NCBI GenBank assembly: GCA_044224875.1
Contig: JBGAJQ010000005.1
Span: 64,001-128,000 of the forward strand
DNA from: Gemmatimonadaceae bacterium
GTDB taxonomy: Bacteria; Gemmatimonadota; Gemmatimonadetes; Gemmatimonadales; Gemmatimonadaceae
Direction: 5' to 3'
Length of the DNA stretch: 64,000 nt
The notes beneath the pieces were generated by a model. That model was given only the letters and a program-made list of their open reading frames with translations. It was not told where the DNA came from and ran no database searches. The translations under genes and the position numbers were made by a program. Below, piece after piece: positions 57,262-64,000 of the stretch (position 1 is its first letter; every line of letters begins with the position of its first letter).

Positions 57262-59565
57262 GTGCCCGCAGATATCGACCTCCCCCCCGCCGTCCTCGCC
57301 GCACTAACGCCGAGGTTCACGCTCGAGCGCCAGATCGGCGCTGGAGGCATGGCGACCGTCTTTCTCGCCCGTGACGAGCGGAACGACCGGCCAGTAGCGC
57401 TCAAGGTATTGCGGGGCGGCTCCGAGCTTCCCGCGGATGTGGAACGCTTCGAACGGGAGATCAAGCTGCTCGCCCGGCTGCAGCACCCGCTCATCTTGCC
57501 GCTGCATGACTCGGGGGTCGCGGCCGACGCGCTCTACTTCGTCATGCCCTTTGTCGACGGAGAGTCGCTGAGGGATCGTATGGCGCGCGAAGGTCAGATG
57601 CCGATCGACGAGGCGCTGCGCCTGACGATTGAAGTGGCCGACGCCCTCGCGTACGCACACGCTCAGGGGGTCGTGCACCGCGACATCAAGCCGGAAAACG
57701 TCATGATCTGGCGTGGCCACGCGGTCGTTTGCGACTTTGGCATCGCGTCCCTCGTGCAGGCGGCGGCCGCCGACGAGCGCCTAACGCAAGCAGGCCATTG
57801 GTTAGGCACGCCCGGCTACATGAGCCCCGAACAGGCGGCCGGCGAGCACGACATCGGTCCGGCGTCGGACCAGTACAGCCTGGCACTGCTCCTGTACGAG
57901 ATGCTCTCCGGAAGCCCAGCGTATGCCGGCACGCTCCGATCGATCCTGGCGCGCCAGATCACCGAGCTGCCTCCACCGATAGCTGCGCGACGCACCGATG
58001 TCCCCAAAGCGCTGGCAACTACACTGGAACGCGCCCTCGCCAAGTCTCCGGAGAATCGCTGGCCCTCAACGGTGAGCTTTGGCGAGGCCTTGCGCGCTTC
58101 GACCGGCGGAGCGACACCTGCCGCTCCGGCGCCGGAATCGGCGGACGCCCGCGTGTCGCTGGCGATCCTCCCCTTCGCCAACGTCGGCGGTGACAATGCA
58201 AACGAGTTCTTCAGCGACGGCATCACGGACGAGCTGATTGGCTCGCTCGCCCGCATCCCGCGCCTTCGCGTGGTCTCGCGCACGTCCGCGTTTGCCTTTC
58301 GCACGCGGGAGATGCCTCTGCCCGAGATTGGCGCGCGCTTGCGCGTTGGTTACGTCCTGACTGGGAGTGTCCGACGCGCCGGCGACCAGTTGCGGCTGTC
58401 GGCTCAGCTGTCGCGCGTGGCGGATGACACCCTGCTGTGGTCCGAGACGTACCAGCGAGAGGTCGCTGATGTCTTCCACGTACAGGATGAGCTGTCGCGA
58501 CGCATCACGGCAACCGTCCGCGATGCCTTGGGCACGTTCGGCACGGTGACCCCGGCCCGTGTGCATCCCGCACGTAGCGTGACGGCGTACGACCAGTATC
58601 TGCTCGGCCGGTACGCGTGGAACAAACGCACCGCTTCCTCGCTGCGGGAGGGCTTGGAGTGCTTTCAGCGCGCCATCGAGGCGGACCCCGAGTATGCGCC
58701 GGCTTACGCCGGCCTGGCGGATTCGCACGCACTCATGGCTTCCAGCAACGTTGCCCGTCCCCTCGACGCCTACCCGCAGGCGCGTGCGGCCGCGCTTCGC
58801 GCAATTGAGCTGGATCCGGACCTCGCCGAAGGCCACGCCTCGCTCGGACTCGTTAAGCTGAATTTCGACTGGGACTGGGACGCCGCCGAACGAGAGCTGC
58901 AACGGGCCATCGAGCTCAATCCCAGCTATTCAACCGCTCGGCAATGGTACTCGAGCTATTTGTCGAGCATGGGACGGCATGAGGAAGCGATCACGTGTGC
59001 GCAGCAGGCGGCGGCACTCGACCCGTTCTCGATTGTCGCAACCATTCGCGTCGGCATCGCCTACTCGTTCGCGCAGCAACATGAGCAAGCGGCTGCACAA
59101 CTGGAGCGGGCCTTGGCCATGGAGCCAGGCTTCATCCACGTGCACAGCTGGCTCGCCAACGCCTACCAAGGGCTGGGCCGTCACGAGGACGCCATCCGGA
59201 TCGCCGAGGAGGCGCATGCCGTCAGCAAGAACTCGGCGGCATTCCGCGGTTTGCTCGCCGCCACGTACCGCGGTGCCGGTCGCCTCGATGAAGCGCGCAC
59301 CATCATCACGGACCTGCGGAGCTCACCTGACACGCCGCCGTTCTTCGCAGCGCTTCTGCACCTGCTGCTCGATGAACCCGATCAGGCGCTCGAATGGCTC
59401 CACCGCGGAGTGGAAGAGCGGGGAGACCTGATGCACACCCTGCGCACCAACCCGTTCTTCATGGCCCTCTGGCCCGATCCACGCTTCGCCGCAGTATTGC
59501 AGCGTTTGCACCTCGGACCGCCTGACATCCGGGCGTCAACGCTCGGCTCCTCCCGATCCCCATAG
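57262..59565 (+). CDS. Ser/Thr kinase with TolB-like and TPR domains
   Basis: GAGGMATV, VALK, HRDIKPEN, DFG, GTPGYMSPE; SLAILPFAN..FSDGITDELI; TPRs; GTG 57262. Confidence 0.93.
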   Translation: MPADIDLPPAVLAALTPRFTLERQIGAGGMATVFLARDERNDRPVALKVLRGGSELPADVERFEREIKLLARLQHPLILPLHDSGVAADALYFVMPFVDGESLRDRMAREGQMPIDEALRLTIEVADALAYAHAQGVVHRDIKPENVMIWRGHAVVCDFGIASLVQAAAADERLTQAGHWLGTPGYMSPEQAAGEHDIGPASDQYSLALLLYEMLSGSPAYAGTLRSILARQITELPPPIAARRTDVPKALATTLERALAKSPENRWPSTVSFGEALRASTGGATPAAPAPESADARVSLAILPFANVGGDNANEFFSDGITDELIGSLARIPRLRVVSRTSAFAFRTREMPLPEIGARLRVGYVLTGSVRRAGDQLRLSAQLSRVADDTLLWSETYQREVADVFHVQDELSRRITATVRDALGTFGTVTPARVHPARSVTAYDQYLLGRYAWNKRTASSLREGLECFQRAIEADPEYAPAYAGLADSHALMASSNVARPLDAYPQARAAALRAIELDPDLAEGHASLGLVKLNFDWDWDAAERELQRAIELNPSYSTARQWYSSYLSSMGRHEEAITCAQQAAALDPFSIVATIRVGIAYSFAQQHEQAAAQLERALAMEPGFIHVHSWLANAYQGLGRHEDAIRIAEEAHAVSKNSAAFRGLLAATYRGAGRLDEARTIITDLRSSPDTPPFFAALLHLLLDEPDQALEWLHRGVEERGDLMHTLRTNPFFMALWPDPRFAAVLQRLHLGPPDIRASTLGSSRSP

Positions 59566-59612
59566 CCGGCGCGCAACCGAGCGCCCTGGCATTCAATGGA
59601 GGTTGAGTTCCG

Positions 59613-60881
59613 ATGACGAACGACAGCTTCTCGTACAAGGATCTGTTCGCGTTCGATGACAATGGCGTTCCCCCGGTCATTCGCGATTGCTTCATCGGTC
59701 TCATCGCACCGTTCGAGGAACTCTTCGACGGCGGTCGCGTTCCCGCTCGTTCCTCGAGCGCGTTCGCGTCCAATCGGGACTTCACGCGCGAGCCGACGTA
59801 TCCGTCGCTGCACGATTTCAAGAAGGATTGGCTGGAGTGGATCTACCTCGAGCTCAAAGTGAGACTCAACTGCGGGGTGCGTTACTACAACTTTCGCGGC
59901 GAAGTGCTCTCACCCGAGAATGCGAATCGGACACCCATCATACTCTTCCTGAGAAAGTTCCGCCGTGTCGATACTGGCCTGAGCGCCTTCATGGGCGAAG
60001 ATCCCGGCGTCGTCATTCGGCAGATGGGCGCACTCCAGTCAGCCGTCAGCTTCGACGTGGACACCACACTCCGAGGCGAGATCGAGCGCAAGTTCCCATC
60101 CTATCCCGTCATGTGGATCGCGAACCCCACCGACGCGCTCTCATTCAGCGGCTACCTGACTCACGACGCGTCTGCCGGCGGATACGAACTCAATGAAAAT
60201 TCGTACCCCTATCTCCTGACACCGATGTGGAATCAAATCCAACGGTGGCAGGAGTCTGCGGAGCACCTCATCAGGGCCAGCGACGCGATTGTATTCGCCA
60301 ACACGAGTACGGAAGGGGGACTTCGCGAGGAGCAAGACCTGCTCTACGCCGCGAACGCGATCGAGCGGACATTCGTGACGAACCCGGAAAATCTCGAAAG
60401 CGCCGCGGGAGGTTTCCGTCGAGTAGATGAACTCACTGAGGAGGTGCTCGGGACGCTGACTGGTGCCGACGGCTCCAACATCGAGCAACTCGGCGGGTGG
60501 GGACACTGGGCCGGATTCAAGTCGCTGGAGTACGCCCACCAGTACTTCGCCGCGATCGATGACCAGTGGGGACGAGCGCTGGACTCCGGCCAGGATGTGT
60601 CGCCCGGCTATTTCGCCGCGCTGTTTACCGCGCTCATTGCCCTGCTGCTCTTTCGCGGCGATTTGAAGGCGGCGGGCGATCTGACCATGAGTCTCGCGGC
60701 TATGATTGACGCGCGAATGAAGGGTGAGGAGGTACCGTACCTCAAGGGTGCCGGTGCGTTTCACCCGCAGGACATGAAGGCACTTCCAGTCCTGGTAGGG
60801 ACGGCGCGTTGGTATCGCGAGCGTAGTGACGTGTACAGGACCGTTGTGGGCTTTGCTGCATTGGACGCGAAGAAGAAGTAG
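59613..60881 (+). CDS. Hypothetical protein with a TIR/NDT-like Rossmannoid central domain
   Basis: GGAGG RBS; ILFLRKF...V..IANP...WQ..AE.LI..SDAIVF....T.GGL.EE. Confidence 0.75.
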   Translation: MTNDSFSYKDLFAFDDNGVPPVIRDCFIGLIAPFEELFDGGRVPARSSSAFASNRDFTREPTYPSLHDFKKDWLEWIYLELKVRLNCGVRYYNFRGEVLSPENANRTPIILFLRKFRRVDTGLSAFMGEDPGVVIRQMGALQSAVSFDVDTTLRGEIERKFPSYPVMWIANPTDALSFSGYLTHDASAGGYELNENSYPYLLTPMWNQIQRWQESAEHLIRASDAIVFANTSTEGGLREEQDLLYAANAIERTFVTNPENLESAAGGFRRVDELTEEVLGTLTGADGSNIEQLGGWGHWAGFKSLEYAHQYFAAIDDQWGRALDSGQDVSPGYFAALFTALIALLLFRGDLKAAGDLTMSLAAMIDARMKGEEVPYLKGAGAFHPQDMKALPVLVGTARWYRERSDVYRTVVGFAALDAKKK

Positions 60882-61037
60882 CGTCGAAGATTGCGGGTCC
60901 TCCGCTCGGTCCGACGCCTGTCGGTCCATCCCCCGATCTCGCGACGGCGTCCCGTTCGGCCAAGGCGATGCACAACACGGACAACCCGCGAGTGCGCCTG
61001 ACGCACGCACAGCCGCCGGCGCGCTATACCCGAACGA

Positions 61038-61196
61038 CTACATCGCCGATCCGATCAAACCCCGTCGCTGCCGCAAGAAGTTGGTTCGCTTCTCCATTGG
61101 CAGTGCCAGCAACCGACGGATCTGCTCGACGAGGGCTCGATCTGATTCTCGTCGTAGCGCCGACCTTGGTCGTCGCTTCCGCTTATTTCTTTTCAC
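61038..61196 (-). CDS. 52-aa basic protein coupled to the nucleotidyltransferase (putative TA partner)
   Basis: GTG 61196 overlaps the end of the upstream gene; VKRNKRKRRPRSALRRESDRALVEQIRRLLALPMEKRTNFLRQRRGLIGSAM*; below the ORF-track length cutoff. Confidence 0.6.
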   Translation of the reverse strand: MKRNKRKRRPRSALRRESDRALVEQIRRLLALPMEKRTNFLRQRRGLIGSAM

Positions 61197-61641
61197 GTAG
61201 GGTCCTCCTTAAGATCGGAAGCACCGCACGGTCCTGAGGTCGGTCCGCTGCGACCTTGCTCCGGATGATGTCCTCCAGTGCCGCAACTCGAAGCAGCCCG
61301 CTTCCGAACGCAATCGACGTTGCGCGCGCTCTCAGGGCCTCATACCGGCGAATACCATCCACCTTGGCCATGAAGTCGAGCTGCAACCCATCTCGATCGC
61401 GAACGACTCGATAGAGCTCCGATGCGGGGTAATACGGTCTGAGAACGACAGCGTTGAGGTCATCCGCCACCTTTCGAAGCTTGGCGAGACTGCGTGCCGT
61501 TTTCCGGAACATGAAGTCCAGGTCGACGGTGGACACCGGTGAACCCTGAAGGGCTGCGGCCGCATTGCCGATCAGCACAGCATCGAGCCGGTGCTTCGTG
61601 AGCAAATCTGCGACAATCGTAAGGAGTGGCTCGGCAGTCAT
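61183..61641 (-). CDS. Nucleotidyltransferase (Pol-beta superfamily, AbiEii/DUF6036-like)
   Basis: LIGNAAAALQG.P..T.DLD, LQLDF, LEDII.SK..A.RPQD. Confidence 0.85.
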   Translation of the reverse strand: MTAEPLLTIVADLLTKHRLDAVLIGNAAAALQGSPVSTVDLDFMFRKTARSLAKLRKVADDLNAVVLRPYYPASELYRVVRDRDGLQLDFMAKVDGIRRYEALRARATSIAFGSGLLRVAALEDIIRSKVAADRPQDRAVLPILRRTLREKK

Positions 61642-61763
61642 TCCCCGTAATCTACAGGACGTCGGCGAGCATTTCACCCGATGCAAGACGCGGCCCGCGT
61701 GAATCGGCTCGCCTCCGCCAAGGCACCCTCAAGTCGCCTTCCACCGAGGTAACGTGAACCTCG

Positions 61764-64000
61764 TCAGTCGCTCCGCAGCACCGTCACCGGATCCGCCGAC
61801 GCAGCGCGACGTGAGGGCACATAACTCGCCACCGCCGTCACGACCGCCAGGAAAACCGCCACTCCCGCGAACGTGAAGATGTCATACGGCTCGATCCCGA
61901 AGAGATAGGGCCGCATCAGCTGTCCGAACCACGCGGCCAGCGGAATCCCGAACGCCACACCAATCACCACCCCCTGCATGGCGTCTGCCAGGAAGAGTCG
62001 AGTGAGGGCGGTATCCGTGCTGCCGAGCGCCAGGCGAATCCCCGCCTCGCGCAACCGCCCCAGGGCTGCACGAGCGCTCACGCCGTACATTCCCACGGCC
62101 GCCAGCAGCACCGCCATCGCCGCAAAGGCACCAACGAGTACGGTGCGGTACCGCTCGGGTCCATACGATGCCGCAATGAGCACTGGCAGTTCATTCACCT
62201 GCGTCACCACGGCCTCGGGCTCGACTTCCCGCAGCGCCGCGCGAATGCTCGTTAGGCCCAGTGAAGTCAGGCCGGCACCGGGCTGCCCCCGCAGTACGAA
62301 CGCGCTGAGGCCTGGGTACTGGTCCAGCGGCACGTAGATCATGGCCTCGTTGGGTTTGGCCAAGCCACGGTACTTCACGTCAGCCACCACGCCAACGATG
62401 CGCCGCCATACGTTCTGGTGTTTGACCCGACGACCCACCGCGGATGTGGATCCGAAGTCACGCTGCACCTCGGCTTCGCTTACGATCGCCACGGGTTCGC
62501 TGCCTGCCCGGTCGCCTTCATCGAAGAAGCGACCGGTTACGAGGCGAATACCCATCGCCGCGAAGTACCCGGGCGCGACGTAGGACTGCTGCGTATGAAC
62601 GCCAGCGGGGTCCGCCGGAGTGGTACCCTCCGCCAGAACGGGCGAGCTGCTGCCACCCGAAGCAAAGGGGGCACGAGACGTGGCGGCGGCCTGCGACACG
62701 CCGGGAATGGCTAGCAGACGCGTGGTGGCATCTCGCGCGAAACGCCGAGCGGCCTGCTCGTCGTCATATCGGCGCGGGAGCTCAATCTGCGCGACGACGA
62801 CGTCGGCTCCACGAAAGCCCGGATCTACCGCCGTCAGCCTCAGTAGGCTGCGCGCCAGCAGCGCACCTTCGCTCAACAGGACTGCTGACAGCGCCAGCTG
62901 CAAGGCCACCAACGAACGTTGCAGCACACGACTGCGTCGTCCGCTTTGCCCTTGCCCAACCCGCACCCACACCGACGCGTCAACGTGCGCTGCGGAGTGT
63001 CCAGGCAGCAGGCCGAACGAGATGCCAGTCCCTGCCGATATGAGAACCGCGAACAGCAAGACTCGAACGTTCATCCCGACGTCGTCGATCCCCGGAAGGC
63101 GCGCAGGCGCCATCGCAATGAGCCCACGTGTGAACGCCCACGCCAACGCGCTTCCGATAAGTGCGCCGCCCAATGCTATGACGACGCTTTCCGTCAACAG
63201 CTGCCGTACGAGTCGGCGCTGGCCGGCGCCCAAGGCGGCTCGGGACGCCAGTTCACGCGAGCGGTTCGCGGTCTCGCCCAACATCAACATGGCGACGTTC
63301 ACGCAGGCGATCACGAGCAGGAGAGACACGGCTCCCAACAGCACAAACAGTGCGCCGCGAGAGTCGCGGGTAGCGTCCACCTGCCACTCCTCTACCCGAG
63401 CACCGACGGTACTATCGCCCACGACGGCGCGGAGTATGCGACTCAACTCGGTAGATGCGCTGGCAAACGTTGCTCCTGGCGAAAGACGCGCCAATCCCTG
63501 GTATCCACGGTTGTGTCGCTCGATCAGGTCAAACGAGTCGCGCAGGGCAGGAACCCACATCACCGGGACATCCTGCGCTCGATCCAACCGAACCCCGCGG
63601 GGAAGCACCCCGACGATCGTATAGGGAGTCTCGCCAAGCGTTACCGCATGCCCAACGACGCTCGAGTCGCCAGCGAACCTCGACTGCCACGCCTCCCAAC
63701 TCAGTACGGCTATCGCTGGCCCATTCAGCACGTCTTCGCCTTTCACGAATGAGCGACCCAGCGCCATGCGAAGACGCAGTGTGCCGAATATGCTGGAAGT
63801 GACGCTTGTGACGGGGATGCGTTCCACCCCGGCATCGCCACGCAGGAAGGCGGCGCCCGTGCTCCACATGGCGAGATCGCGCACCGTCTTGGTCTCGGCG
63901 CGGATCGCCGAGTACTCCTCGTTACCTAGCGGCGTTGCCTCAGCGAAAGCGGCGATGGCCGGATTCTTGGCAAACTCTGGTTGGCGGATCCATACCGCGG
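61764..64000 (-). CDS. ADOP/MacB-FtsX family ABC permease (5' end outside window)
   Basis: LLVIACVNVA, RE...R.ALGA...RL.RQLLTES, DPGF, VGVV.DVK, E.GIRLALG, P.RRA...DP...LR. Confidence 0.92.
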   Translation of the reverse strand, partial: AVWIRQPEFAKNPAIAAFAEATPLGNEEYSAIRAETKTVRDLAMWSTGAAFLRGDAGVERIPVTSVTSSIFGTLRLRMALGRSFVKGEDVLNGPAIAVLSWEAWQSRFAGDSSVVGHAVTLGETPYTIVGVLPRGVRLDRAQDVPVMWVPALRDSFDLIERHNRGYQGLARLSPGATFASASTELSRILRAVVGDSTVGARVEEWQVDATRDSRGALFVLLGAVSLLLVIACVNVAMLMLGETANRSRELASRAALGAGQRRLVRQLLTESVVIALGGALIGSALAWAFTRGLIAMAPARLPGIDDVGMNVRVLLFAVLISAGTGISFGLLPGHSAAHVDASVWVRVGQGQSGRRSRVLQRSLVALQLALSAVLLSEGALLARSLLRLTAVDPGFRGADVVVAQIELPRRYDDEQAARRFARDATTRLLAIPGVSQAAATSRAPFASGGSSSPVLAEGTTPADPAGVHTQQSYVAPGYFAAMGIRLVTGRFFDEGDRAGSEPVAIVSEAEVQRDFGSTSAVGRRVKHQNVWRRIVGVVADVKYRGLAKPNEAMIYVPLDQYPGLSAFVLRGQPGAGLTSLGLTSIRAALREVEPEAVVTQVNELPVLIAASYGPERYRTVLVGAFAAMAVLLAAVGMYGVSARAALGRLREAGIRLALGSTDTALTRLFLADAMQGVVIGVAFGIPLAAWFGQLMRPYLFGIEPYDIFTFAGVAVFLAVVTAVASYVPSRRAASADPVTVLRSD

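Overview
GC-rich (roughly two-thirds G+C by eye) bacterial chromosomal segment. Its gene repertoire (Ser/Thr kinase-TPR receptors, an ECF43-like sigma factor, a BTAD-TolB-TPR regulator, ADOP-type permeases, SusC/Oar-like TonB receptors, many Ig-like and HAF-repeat lipoproteins) suggests Gemmatimonadota; this is inference. It holds about 45 CDS. These include a VPS10/BNR protein translationally coupled to lutABC and a CheR-like methyltransferase, a 7.7-12.2 kb patchwork of orphans and gene remnants, a DPP-IV/amidohydrolase/MFS module, and an STK-ECF pair. Further on are a 1180-aa orphan secreted protein, a Tat-exported NPCBM protein, a sigma54 activator module, three tandem paralogous Ig-like lipoproteins, a Phi-1/EXORDIUM-like lipoprotein, a TIR/NDT-like orphan, and a nucleotidyltransferase with an uncalled 52-aa partner. 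I saw no rRNA, tRNA, CRISPR array, transposase or integrase. The strongest unexplained signal is a non-palindromic motif, CGTTAGG(Y), found at least 34 times by manual scan on both strands. Most copies lie inside genes, where they often impose rare codons.
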